Of a stretch of DNA of 64,000 bases, positions 54,216 through 63,247 are shown in pieces (positions within the stretch are counted from its first letter, which is position 1; every line of letters starts with the position of its first letter). The notes beneath the pieces were generated by a model. That model was not told the origin of the DNA. It did not search any database and saw only the letters and a list, made by a program, of their open reading frames with translations. The translations under genes and the position numbers were made by a program. Source of the DNA: a virus; the IMG/VR virus record IMGVR_UViG_3300026518_000011, positions 1 through 64,000 of that record. The stretch is one strand, 5' to 3'.

Positions 54216-56117
54216 TTATGATAGCCACTTTTGCCTATCTTTTGATCGAGTTGGATTAAAAATCAAATCTATGGACTCCGATAATTTACCATCATCCAGT
54301 AGTGGAACCAACTTCGGAGCAACCAACAGGGTTTTCCAATCTGCCTGTGTCAATCTGGCCAAGCCCTTAGCACGAATGATTTGCCAACCTTTCCAGTCAG
54401 ATGGGTCAAAATTCGCGTAATCCGAATCATATACATATTGTCGGTCTTTACCTTTAACTAATATCACCAATGGGGTATCGAAATCGAAAATGAACGGATT
54501 GTTGCTATCCATAAAGAGTTCGGGCCAATGGGTATGAAAGAATGCAACCAACTGGGATGTGATATTTTTACCATCATGATCAGCATCAGTAGTTATATAA
54601 ATCTTCCCATACCTAAGATGCATCCGATTTGCGGGTTCCCCGAGTTTCAAACCAATCGCAGTCATAATATTGGTTAATGACTCGCTGGCCAGAATGGCTT
54701 TTGGGGTAGCCCCGTGGGTGTTCATGACTTTCCCACGTAATGGAAGCCCACCATGAATCGTGGCATCCCTTGCGGATACGATGCCCGACAACGCCGACTC
54801 TCCCTCAGTGATATACAGGATACACTTCTGCCGATTTTTTCCCGTAGCGTCTCTAAGAGTTGGAATCTTGGTTTTTGATAATTTCTTTTGGTCCTGTTTC
54901 AGTTGCCTACTATTCGTTGCCTGTGTCCGGCGACTGCAACGATCTATTACGTCAGCCACCCATTTAGGATTCTTTCTAATAAACCCCTTCACATCGGATT
55001 CAAAAAAACCGGATTTGATTTCAGATTTAATCTCCGACACCAATCGGGTCTTAGACTGAGAATCGAAATGTGGATCATCCATCACGGTGATATTATACAG
55101 CAATACCCCATGAGTGACATCTTTACGTGTCAATATTGGAGGACCATTAGGTTTGATCTTCAATGCTGCCTTTGCCGTTGTGTCCAAATGCTTAATCAAT
55201 CCGGTGTAAAACAGATTACGAAATTCGTCTACATGGGGACCGCCTAGGAATGTTGGAATATTGTTGACCAAACTATGAATGTGCTCGTCATCTACCACTC
55301 CAGTAACTGCATAAAATTTGGCATGGACCCGATCAGTCTGAGTCTCTAACATTACCGGAATGTGACCAACTGTATTAGGTGGGAACATGGTTGATATCAC
55401 TGGGTCACGACCTTCATTTAATCGCAACTTGCTGCCGTTGAACCACACAGAAACATCGGGATTGGCTATAGCAATGTCCCACACCCGTGACTCAATGAAC
55501 TCCAACGGAAGTTCCATAATAGGCCATACCTTTCGGGATGGCACGAATACCACTTGGGTCCCGGTGAATCCATCAGTGCACGGTTCAGTAATAGGACCAT
55601 TAGTTTTATGGATATCAACCTTTCGATAAACCCCTTCGGTCCACGATTGACTAAAATGGGTGTTATCCCGCCATATCTGTAGATCAAACCGCTCAGACGC
55701 AAAATTGACAATGGCTGCACCTAACCCATTAACCCCTGCAACCGTTCCACGTTCATCAAAATTCCGACCACTTCTGGGATTACTCATCATATATGATGCA
55801 GCAGGCCCCTTACCGACTGATGGAATCTCGTGGATAGGTATCCCACGACCATTATCTTTAACCTCAACCCGTAATGTATCAGGGTCGTATGAAATCCAAA
55901 TCGTATCGCCATGACCGTGCGCAGAAATTTCATCCATTGAATTATCAATGATCTCTCTCACTGCGGTGTATAGGCTCGGGACCCATGTGAGTTCTTTAAT
56001 CTCAACAACGGACCCATTAAAACACATCACATTTTGTGTATGTGGCTCACGTGATCCCAAATACATCTCCAGTCGAAGTCTAGCGTGATTATAGTCCGAC
56101 AAAGTGCGTTCAGTCAT
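54216..56117 (-). CDS. type IIA topoisomerase ATPase/TOPRIM subunit (T4 gp39+60 / GyrB-like)
   Basis: MYLGS, EIIDNSMDE, DNGRGIP, G.NG.G, TEGESA, PLRGK, TDADHDG, KGL. Confidence 0.95.
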   Translation of the reverse strand: MTERTLSDYNHARLRLEMYLGSREPHTQNVMCFNGSVVEIKELTWVPSLYTAVREIIDNSMDEISAHGHGDTIWISYDPDTLRVEVKDNGRGIPIHEIPSVGKGPAASYMMSNPRSGRNFDERGTVAGVNGLGAAIVNFASERFDLQIWRDNTHFSQSWTEGVYRKVDIHKTNGPITEPCTDGFTGTQVVFVPSRKVWPIMELPLEFIESRVWDIAIANPDVSVWFNGSKLRLNEGRDPVISTMFPPNTVGHIPVMLETQTDRVHAKFYAVTGVVDDEHIHSLVNNIPTFLGGPHVDEFRNLFYTGLIKHLDTTAKAALKIKPNGPPILTRKDVTHGVLLYNITVMDDPHFDSQSKTRLVSEIKSEIKSGFFESDVKGFIRKNPKWVADVIDRCSRRTQATNSRQLKQDQKKLSKTKIPTLRDATGKNRQKCILYITEGESALSGIVSARDATIHGGLPLRGKVMNTHGATPKAILASESLTNIMTAIGLKLGEPANRMHLRYGKIYITTDADHDGKNITSQLVAFFHTHWPELFMDSNNPFIFDFDTPLVILVKGKDRQYVYDSDYANFDPSDWKGWQIIRAKGLARLTQADWKTLLVAPKLVPLLDDGKLSESIDLIFNPTRSKDRQKWLS

Positions 56118-56131
56118 TCGTAACCCCCATA

Positions 56132-57175
56132 TCAGGCATAACTGCGTGATAGCATATTAGTAAATCGATCAGCCTGTTTGATTAGTTTCATCAACCGATA
56201 TTTGCTACAGAATTTAGCAAAATGTGCCCCCACCATTCTGGCCCGCTTTTTCTCTATAGCGGTCATGATGGCCTCGTCCATAATGTCAATCACATATTGC
56301 GGTTGGTCGGTTAGATCAATCAGATGCTTATTAAACTCATACTGATCCCTAACTGAGTGTTTCTCCCCATCTTTGCCCCAAGTAGAATTGATGAAATTAT
56401 TATACTCCTCCACCGATCCTTCGAATGCTTTGCGCATTTTAGTTGTGTAGACCCGTGGGTATGCTGATCGAATGTTATCACTGGTATCCCCACGGATACA
56501 TTTCTCAAACAATTCCCATTTGGGATCAAATGTCATAATGACATCATTTTTATCCAACTTAGGGTACCATGGTTGGTCATGAATGACCACCTCATCAACC
56601 CCCTTAATGGATCGCTTATCTTGGTGGAATACCCCATCAATAGTGTATAAGATATGAGCCATGGGGTTGTATAAATCCACCCCATCACGGACCAGTTGCT
56701 TAAAATCCCCATCCGCAGAAATAATTACATGGCTATCATCGTCATGTAGCTGAACCCAGCGGGCAATAAAATCATCTGCCTCCACCTGATCGGCATTCAA
56801 CACTGTCACGTTAGTGTATCCGTATAAAAACTCCTGCAACCGATCAATAAGATCAATAACCAATTCGTGATCATGCTCTTCTGCAGGAGTTTTTACTTCA
56901 CTACGGCGATGGCCTTTATATTCAGGATATATTGCTCGTCTCCATGATTTGGCATCAAACATAATAACGCAATGATCGGATTGGAATTTCGTGAAAGCGT
57001 TCAAAATCCCCTGCATCACATTGGTGAGTATCAACCCAATGCGATCAGCATCTGGATTAGCCACGGGGTTATCCCCAAATGGATCATGATAGGTAGAATT
57101 CATCTTCGTCGGACTAGCGACTGAATGTTTAGACCTATGGACCATATTGGATATATCAACTAAGCAATGTTTCAT
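56132..57175 (-). CDS. T4 RNase H-like 5'-3' exonuclease / flap endonuclease
   Basis: LVD.SN, FD..SWRR..YPEYKG.R, EADD.I, ISADGDFKQL, GD.SDNI. Confidence 0.92.
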   Translation of the reverse strand: MKHCLVDISNMVHRSKHSVASPTKMNSTYHDPFGDNPVANPDADRIGLILTNVMQGILNAFTKFQSDHCVIMFDAKSWRRAIYPEYKGHRRSEVKTPAEEHDHELVIDLIDRLQEFLYGYTNVTVLNADQVEADDFIARWVQLHDDDSHVIISADGDFKQLVRDGVDLYNPMAHILYTIDGVFHQDKRSIKGVDEVVIHDQPWYPKLDKNDVIMTFDPKWELFEKCIRGDTSDNIRSAYPRVYTTKMRKAFEGSVEEYNNFINSTWGKDGEKHSVRDQYEFNKHLIDLTDQPQYVIDIMDEAIMTAIEKKRARMVGAHFAKFCSKYRLMKLIKQADRFTNMLSRSYA

Positions 57176-57213
57176 TACCAATATGTAGTATACCAATTGT
57201 CAATAACAAGGCA

Positions 57214-57774
57214 TCATGACCGCTTATGTTTGAATTTTTGTCCAGGTTTCACTTTGGATTGCGGCTGCTTCCTCACCTTAGGCTTCCCACCTTTAGTGGC
57301 AGGATTGGATTTCACTGCCGCCTTCTTATATTTCATGACCTCATTTACAAACGATTGCATTTCATATGCAGCAATAATTGTAGGGTCACTAGGGTTAGTC
57401 CTACGAGCCAATGTCTGTTGATCGATCTTAATTTGAATTTGATTAGCTAAGTTAGATAGGGCCTGCATATCCATATCCATGATCACTGCCGGATTGGTAA
57501 TTGCAGACGGATTGTCATGCACATAGTTCTGGATATAGTTGTGCCCCTGCAACCTGCTCATCAGATCGCTGTCTACGGGCTTGTCAGGACCACCAGTGGC
57601 ATCCGGTCCCCCCATGCCCATATCAGCATCAGGGACATTCTCAGGCCCCTCAGATGACCCACGTTGTGCTGCAATGTCATCAGGGTCAAGGCTCCCATCG
57701 TTTTTGATGTCCTTGGAGGTTTTTTCCAATTCACGATCAATAGGATTTTGTGGGTTCAGTTCATATAGTTTCAT
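57214..57774 (-). CDS. late protein with an MKLYEL N-terminus (probable head-internal)
   Basis: TAAATA-N5-ATG; acidic N-half, basic tail. Confidence 0.7.
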   Translation of the reverse strand: MKLYELNPQNPIDRELEKTSKDIKNDGSLDPDDIAAQRGSSEGPENVPDADMGMGGPDATGGPDKPVDSDLMSRLQGHNYIQNYVHDNPSAITNPAVIMDMDMQALSNLANQIQIKIDQQTLARRTNPSDPTIIAAYEMQSFVNEVMKYKKAAVKSNPATKGGKPKVRKQPQSKVKPGQKFKHKRS

Positions 57775-57782
57775 ATTCGTAT

Positions 57783-58532
57783 TTAGCCAATCATTGTCAA
57801 CATTGCTTCAAGAGAATCAAGTTTGGACAAATCATCTGCGTAAAAATTGATGAGGATTTCTGCCCATTTCAATTTATACTCATACATCATAGCTTCATCC
57901 ATTACCACGATATGTGATTGGGCGGGTTTGTTGTATTCTTTATTGGGGCGTATTGAGAAAAAGTTGACCCCTATATCACACTTAATGCCGTACTGGTTTT
58001 CTACGGCTAGTGAATATGCGGCCATTTGGAGCCGATAATTCTCTAATTGGTCAGGTGGTTTTATATATTTGGCGGTCTTGTAATCCATGATAGCAGGTTT
58101 TCCAGCATATACCCCAACAAGATCAGTCCGCCCGGCATATAGGTCCATGAAATGGAGAGGCATCTCAACCGCCCATACCTCTTGTAATTTCTGCCACCCG
58201 AACATTCGAATGACCTTTGCCATTGATTTACCAATAGCCTCTAGTTCCGATCCATCATAGGGAAAATCTCGTTTTAACAGATGCGCCTCTAGCATGTCAT
58301 GCATATACGTGCCAATAGTGGTGGCTTCGAGACTTATCCTATCGGCCTCTTCCTCACCAACCCGTTCTCTCCATTCATCCAGTTCTGGGTGTGGGAGGGT
58401 TCCAAGAATCGTGGTTACGCTCATAGCCGGACCAGCAGGGGTATGATACACTCGCTGACCCGTTGTTGCATCGGTGTCTGCCTCGATTTCGTCCCATTTA
58501 ATGGTATCGAGTTTTAATTTATATCTAGCCAT
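57783..58532 (-). CDS. PD-(D/E)XK (Cas4/RecB-like) exonuclease
   Basis: R.Y.TP.G...SVTTIL, GT.MH..LE, E..L....YAGRTD, DYKT, Q.AAY. Confidence 0.9.
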   Translation of the reverse strand: MARYKLKLDTIKWDEIEADTDATTGQRVYHTPAGPAMSVTTILGTLPHPELDEWRERVGEEEADRISLEATTIGTYMHDMLEAHLLKRDFPYDGSELEAIGKSMAKVIRMFGWQKLQEVWAVEMPLHFMDLYAGRTDLVGVYAGKPAIMDYKTAKYIKPPDQLENYRLQMAAYSLAVENQYGIKCDIGVNFFSIRPNKEYNKPAQSHIVVMDEAMMYEYKLKWAEILINFYADDLSKLDSLEAMLTMIG

Positions 58533-58562
58533 CCATCCTATATAAGTCGATGTTAGCCTTGA

Positions 58563-58937
58563 TCAACCACCAATCACTTCCAAATTTGGAAACTGTTCCC
58601 GCAAATCATTCCGATAACGACTATTGGCGTAATATTCACCATGCTGATCGCGCACAACCCAACGACCGGACATTGGCACCATGTATTCATATTTGCTGTC
58701 GATCTGCACCTCGCCTTCTTCACGACGGGCATGAAAGGTAATACCCGTCAGTTCGAACAGATTACGAATAACCTGTGAACAATTTTCACCATGCGCGTTG
58801 ATGTCACCGTTGATCTCGGGATCAGTGCGACCACAGCCAGTGCAACATCGGTATGGATTGTCTCCACCCATTGGTCGTGTTTCATATCCAGTCCACAGTT
58901 TATCATGTGCGATTGTATGTGAGGGGAAGGTAGCCAT
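58563..58937 (-). CDS. early hypothetical protein with a CxxC...H...C cluster
   Basis: Behind CTTGAC-N17-CTATAC; CTGC...AHGENC. Confidence 0.65.
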   Translation of the reverse strand: MATFPSHTIAHDKLWTGYETRPMGGDNPYRCCTGCGRTDPEINGDINAHGENCSQVIRNLFELTGITFHARREEGEVQIDSKYEYMVPMSGRWVVRDQHGEYYANSRYRNDLREQFPNLEVIGG

Positions 58938-59020
58938 GGTTGATATCTCACTATATTATGCTTCGTTAACTCCGGTATAGTGAAATACTGGTGGTTTGTC
59001 AAGAATTAAATTGTGGGTAG

Positions 59021-59066
59021 ATAAAACTAAAGCCCCAGCATTTTTCTACTGAGGCTTTAGTTTTAT
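59021..59066 (-). terminator. long hairpin terminator
   Basis: ATAAAACTAAAGCC/GGCTTTAGTTTTAT. Confidence 0.7.
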
Positions 59067-59086
59067 ATCAACATATTACGGCGTGA

Positions 59087-59443
59087 TTACCACTGGAGTT
59101 TCCATTCAAAGAAGTTAGTCACACCCACCCGCTTACGCGTAATACTATATCCGAGTTGGCTAAAATAACTAATTACTATATTCATCGCCTCCCGATACAA
59201 TTTGTCTGCGGCAGTATCATTGTTAAACGGGTCATTAAATGCATTAAAATATGCAGTAGACGTGGTCATGGGAGTAGATGAGATAAGCACCTCTAACCCT
59301 CCTCCAGACGCAGCGGTGTCAACCAATTGCTGTAGCTGATTGACCTCCAGCAGGATAGTGTTACCACCCGATGCTTGACCAAGTGCTATCTGTCTGGCTT
59401 TACTAGCCCCGTAGAACCCATCTTTCATATTAGTGAATTGCAC
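59087..59443 (-). CDS. conserved late (probable virion) protein
   Basis: A..AR...EV...TPMT...VI.YF..LGY.I.R....F.W...W motif. Confidence 0.7.
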   Translation of the reverse strand: MQFTNMKDGFYGASKARQIALGQASGGNTILLEVNQLQQLVDTAASGGGLEVLISSTPMTTSTAYFNAFNDPFNNDTAADKLYREAMNIVISYFSQLGYSITRKRVGVTNFFEWKLQW

Positions 59444-59445
59444 GA

Positions 59446-60534
59446 TTAGAGTTCCTTCATTGGGCGCTCTTCATCATCCCCACCGATGGATACATCATCC
59501 ATCGGGTCATCACCCATTGCGTCCATCGGGGATTTCATATCATCCCCGCCCATGGACATGGATGGCCCACCACCAGTAATATCGTTAGTAGCATTTGACA
59601 ATGCGGCTTTAAGGTCTGTTAGCGCGGTGACTGCGGAATTCAGGGGTTCTCCCAGTGCCTGTTGGAGTGGCTCAATAACACCCTCATCGCCCGCAACTTT
59701 GGCTTGAGCCATAACTTCAATACCACTACTGGACAATTTGGCCAGATTGGAAATCATACTATCGACTTGACCGGACATTTCCTGAGCAGCAGAAACCATT
59801 TCAAATTGGTCCATACTACCCTCATCAAATTCTCGCAGGATTTTAGTAAATTGGCGCTGCATACCTTGGATATGATTCATTTTTGTATCCTCACGACTTT
59901 CGATCATTAATTTGAGTTTTTCTGGGGCGTCCATTTCCCACGCCCATGGCCCCTCCCACCGATCATCACAGTAGGATTCAATGCGGCTGAGTGCTCCATC
60001 AGAAGACTCAGTGATATGTTGGAATGAAATTTCATTCAGTGCATCACTACGACCATCTGCCATACCGATGTAAATATTACGGAAATCATCTTCCGTCCCA
60101 TACCGGAGAACCTGTGAGGCTTTCATTACTGGGGCAGATTCCATAAACGGCAACCATCCAGTAAATTTTGCCCCCATGAAGATGGCCTTTTTACCTTCCA
60201 CCAAAGACCCATACCGGGTTACGTCAGTGTAATAGGTTGAACCCACGACCAATCGCTCTTTGTCCATCTTATCTTTTTTTTCATTCATTACGGTGCGAAT
60301 GGCTTCAAGAATCAAAGACTCTTTGACAAATTGCTCATCACTCAGCCATGACCCATATCGGCCAGTTTTCATCAGATCAATGGACTCCTGCCGGTTACGC
60401 GCATGAGCGGATAATCTATTGGTAGTCATTGAGGCATATTGAGACAGATCGATTGAGCTATCGATATATGATAGATCAATCTGCAATTTATCCAGAATAT
60501 GCTGGTTTGTTTCTTTTAAGTATGTCAGCGCCAT
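59446..60534 (-). CDS. probable prohead-core/head-internal protein
   Basis: Many xxE(S/A) sites (FMES, ITES, MIES, ILEA), acidic Met/Gly C-terminus; late promoter at 60561. Confidence 0.65.
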   Translation of the reverse strand: MALTYLKETNQHILDKLQIDLSYIDSSIDLSQYASMTTNRLSAHARNRQESIDLMKTGRYGSWLSDEQFVKESLILEAIRTVMNEKKDKMDKERLVVGSTYYTDVTRYGSLVEGKKAIFMGAKFTGWLPFMESAPVMKASQVLRYGTEDDFRNIYIGMADGRSDALNEISFQHITESSDGALSRIESYCDDRWEGPWAWEMDAPEKLKLMIESREDTKMNHIQGMQRQFTKILREFDEGSMDQFEMVSAAQEMSGQVDSMISNLAKLSSSGIEVMAQAKVAGDEGVIEPLQQALGEPLNSAVTALTDLKAALSNATNDITGGGPSMSMGGDDMKSPMDAMGDDPMDDVSIGGDDEERPMKEL

Positions 60535-60563
60535 GCGTGTGGTCTCCGAAGGTTCATGGGTAT

Positions 60564-61349
60564 TTAGTCCAAACCGAGTTTGGCATTGACCTCTGATAGT
60601 TTAGCCTCACATATCGATACCTTATTGGCATTTCCCGCCCGTTTGGCCCATGTTTTTTCTTGCATCAATTTAACGTGGCGATCATAAAGACGGTCAATCA
60701 TTCCGACTCGCGGATCATCAGGGTTTTGTGTGGCGGTGATCACTTTTGCAATTTTCTCTGCAACCGATGCGATGCGATATCTTTTTCCGGTGGTCATACC
60801 GGACAGTGAATCCTCCACAACAAATACAGGAACTCGTTTTCCATTACGCAATGTTGCTGATTTTTTAACAACCCCCCACCCATCTTGAACCATGGGTTGG
60901 TATGCGGCTTGCTCCATCATCATAGTATCCGCATTAGGATTCATATATGCGTCATTAATCATATTGGCCGCACCCTGCTGGACCACATGACCCATAGCAT
61001 GTTGCATCCGCATCAGGGATTTTGCGGATTCTACTGCAACAGGGTCTTTATCAGCAAGCCCAATCGAACATAGATCGTTTAAATCTAATCCACCCATTTC
61101 TTCAATCGCCTGCGACAATTGTAGTGATCGTCGGTTCTCTTGTGCTTCACGTAGTCGCACATCCTCAGGCGCAGCGCCGATTCCACCACCATATTTTCGC
61201 CCTTCATTCATCACCCCATCATTGATATTACGGGTCTGTAGGCCCGTTTCGGAAATATCTCGCTGGGATTTATCCAATGTGGTAGATTGTGCAGTTCTAA
61301 TCGCCTGTGCTGCTGACTGTTCCAGTAGTGCATCATAATCGTCTGACAT
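60564..61349 (-). CDS. late hypothetical protein
   Basis: Operon context, GAGGA RBS. Confidence 0.7.
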   Translation of the reverse strand: MSDDYDALLEQSAAQAIRTAQSTTLDKSQRDISETGLQTRNINDGVMNEGRKYGGGIGAAPEDVRLREAQENRRSLQLSQAIEEMGGLDLNDLCSIGLADKDPVAVESAKSLMRMQHAMGHVVQQGAANMINDAYMNPNADTMMMEQAAYQPMVQDGWGVVKKSATLRNGKRVPVFVVEDSLSGMTTGKRYRIASVAEKIAKVITATQNPDDPRVGMIDRLYDRHVKLMQEKTWAKRAGNANKVSICEAKLSEVNAKLGLD

Positions 61350-61352
61350 AGT

Positions 61353-61949
61353 CTACATTCCTCTTGCTTTTTTCAACCGTTGATTCGCCTTGCGCACTTT
61401 TCGGGATACAATATTGGTTAATCTAGTTTTGCTTTTGGCCTTAGCCGTTTTTCCCTTAGTGGCTCGTTTAGATATAGCCATCTTCATCCGCTTTTCAACA
61501 CTTGGATATTGTAAGCATTGATTAGGGTCCGAAACTTTTCGGCCATTCTTGGCACCACCCAGACATTTATACTTACGGGTGATTTTATTTGTCTTGGGAT
61601 TACGGGAATAAATTGAAATAGCTGCCTCAGTAAATTTGGAGCGGTACGATACTAACAAGTTGAGATCGGTATTGGTGCTGTCCATCACCTTCACCTCTTC
61701 TGCAATCTGTTTCATCCAATTCAATATCATGCGTTTGATAATCGGTATACCCATAGTTTCACTACTGGCGTTTTCGAACCCAGAAAATCGAATATGAAAA
61801 TACCCATCTTGTTCTACTATATTCTTTAATCTAATAGCATTAGGACTAGTCATGGTAGGGGATTGGGTTTGCATAGCAGAAACTTTATCTGGATCATTAA
61901 CCATTCGCTTCCACGCTTTTGCAATCGTTTGAAAATTCAATTCATCCAT
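61353..61949 (-). CDS. late protein with a basic C-terminal domain (probably DNA-binding)
   Basis: RKYKC..G.K.GR.V..P..C motif and K/R-rich tail; late promoter at 61970. Confidence 0.7.
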   Translation of the reverse strand: MDELNFQTIAKAWKRMVNDPDKVSAMQTQSPTMTSPNAIRLKNIVEQDGYFHIRFSGFENASSETMGIPIIKRMILNWMKQIAEEVKVMDSTNTDLNLLVSYRSKFTEAAISIYSRNPKTNKITRKYKCLGGAKNGRKVSDPNQCLQYPSVEKRMKMAISKRATKGKTAKAKSKTRLTNIVSRKVRKANQRLKKARGM

Positions 61950-61984
61950 ATCAATAATACCTCAATGAGTATTTACCTAAAACA

Positions 61985-62009
61985 ATGGGCGGGGTATTAC
62001 CCCGCCCAT
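61985..62009 (-). terminator. strong intrinsic terminator
   Basis: ATGGGCGGGGTA/TACCCCGCCCAT with a TGTTTT tail on the minus strand. Confidence 0.8.
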
Positions 62010-62036
62010 AGAACCATTTACCAACTATGTGTTGAA

Positions 62037-62675
62037 TTACTGACCGATGTAGGTAACACTCAGGCCGGATACGCCAACCCCGACGCCACCCCCGGCATTA
62101 TCAAGGGCTGGAGCACCAGCGGTTGTTTGGCCATCAGGGAGCACGATTGCACCACCCGTGGATAGATCACCGAATGGACCAGTAACACCTGCATCATAGG
62201 TCACTGTAGACAACGAGTCAACCAATGCTTGTAGACCGGGTTTGGTTTTAACTGTAGTCATACCACCCACCCCAACGGTATCAGTGATATTGGTGGCCAG
62301 ATGTTTGACCAGCGTGGTATTGGCAGGCCATGCATTATTGAAGAATTCGCCTGTAGAGTCTTGCTCATATGTGACGATAATTGCAGGCGCAAAGTTTGCA
62401 GTAGCACCAGCAGTGGCAAAACTGTCTGCGGCCAATTCTACACCAACTGGAATAGCATAAGCAGACAGGGCACGGACTACGCGATCAGTGCGGAGTTGGG
62501 CAAGCTCCTGATTGGCAGTTGGTGTGCCAGTCAGTTGACCATATTGTGGATATTGGCCGGAACGACCTTTGAACATCCCGAACAGAGCCGCATTGGCATC
62601 ACCGGCATTGGTTGGCTCAATCCGAAACCGAACAGTTCGGTTAGTATTTGCGGCATTTACATTGTATGTTGACAT
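62037..62675 (-). CDS. probable abundant virion structural protein
   Basis: Ala/Gly/Thr-rich; own late promoter, GGAG RBS and strong terminator. Confidence 0.7.
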   Translation of the reverse strand: MSTYNVNAANTNRTVRFRIEPTNAGDANAALFGMFKGRSGQYPQYGQLTGTPTANQELAQLRTDRVVRALSAYAIPVGVELAADSFATAGATANFAPAIIVTYEQDSTGEFFNNAWPANTTLVKHLATNITDTVGVGGMTTVKTKPGLQALVDSLSTVTYDAGVTGPFGDLSTGGAIVLPDGQTTAGAPALDNAGGGVGVGVSGLSVTYIGQ

Positions 62676-62836
62676 TAGTTGTCTCCCATTGGATAGGTAT
62701 AATATTAAAATAGTGCCACTGCCATTATATCACACAAAGTATGGTCGAACTACACGGCGGCATCATTATTATTTAGCATGATTATGACAAAACGGGGGCC
62801 AAAATGGATAAGTGGGATAATATTTACCCCACTAGG

Positions 62837-63076
62837 TCATTTATCACGTTCAGTGTATTTGCGGTATATCCGTTTGAATTTTGAAAAATCATCATCCTTA
62901 ATCGCACGAAACCACGCTTTCATCATTAAATCGAAGGATTTATCATCATCTCCCACTTCTTGGCGTAATAATTGTAGAAATCGGACCCCCACATTCAATG
63001 AGCTTTCGGCACGGGATTCAAGACCATTGCCAGAATAACGGGTGATTTCATCAAAGAGTGATTTTCTATTATCCAT
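62837..63076 (-). CDS. conserved small late protein
   Basis: SL.DEI...ESRA...I...D..KF.R pattern; TAAATA-N6-ATG. Confidence 0.7.
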   Translation of the reverse strand: MDNRKSLFDEITRYSGNGLESRAESSLNVGVRFLQLLRQEVGDDDKSFDLMMKAWFRAIKDDDFSKFKRIYRKYTERDK

Positions 63077-63095
63077 AATGGGTATTTAACTCATA

Positions 63096-63246
63096 CTATA
63101 CCGGATTACAACCATCGGGACTTGCCACGTGCAAGAAATCCTTGGCCGCTATCCCACCGTGCAGCTCTGCTTGTTTCAGGTAGTCGCGAAACGCCCCCAA
63201 GGGACGCCTCTTGGTATTCCTTAATCTCAAAATTGACCGCAGCCAT
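63096..63246 (-). pseudogene. frameshifted, truncated type III restriction (Res) subunit remnant
   Basis: ATG 1 nt after the mod stop; MAAVNFEIKEYQEASL, and removing one base near 63194-63203 restores ...GAFRDYLKQAELHG, a Res-like N-terminus; stops within ~50 codons. Confidence 0.6.
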
Positions 63247-63247
63247 A

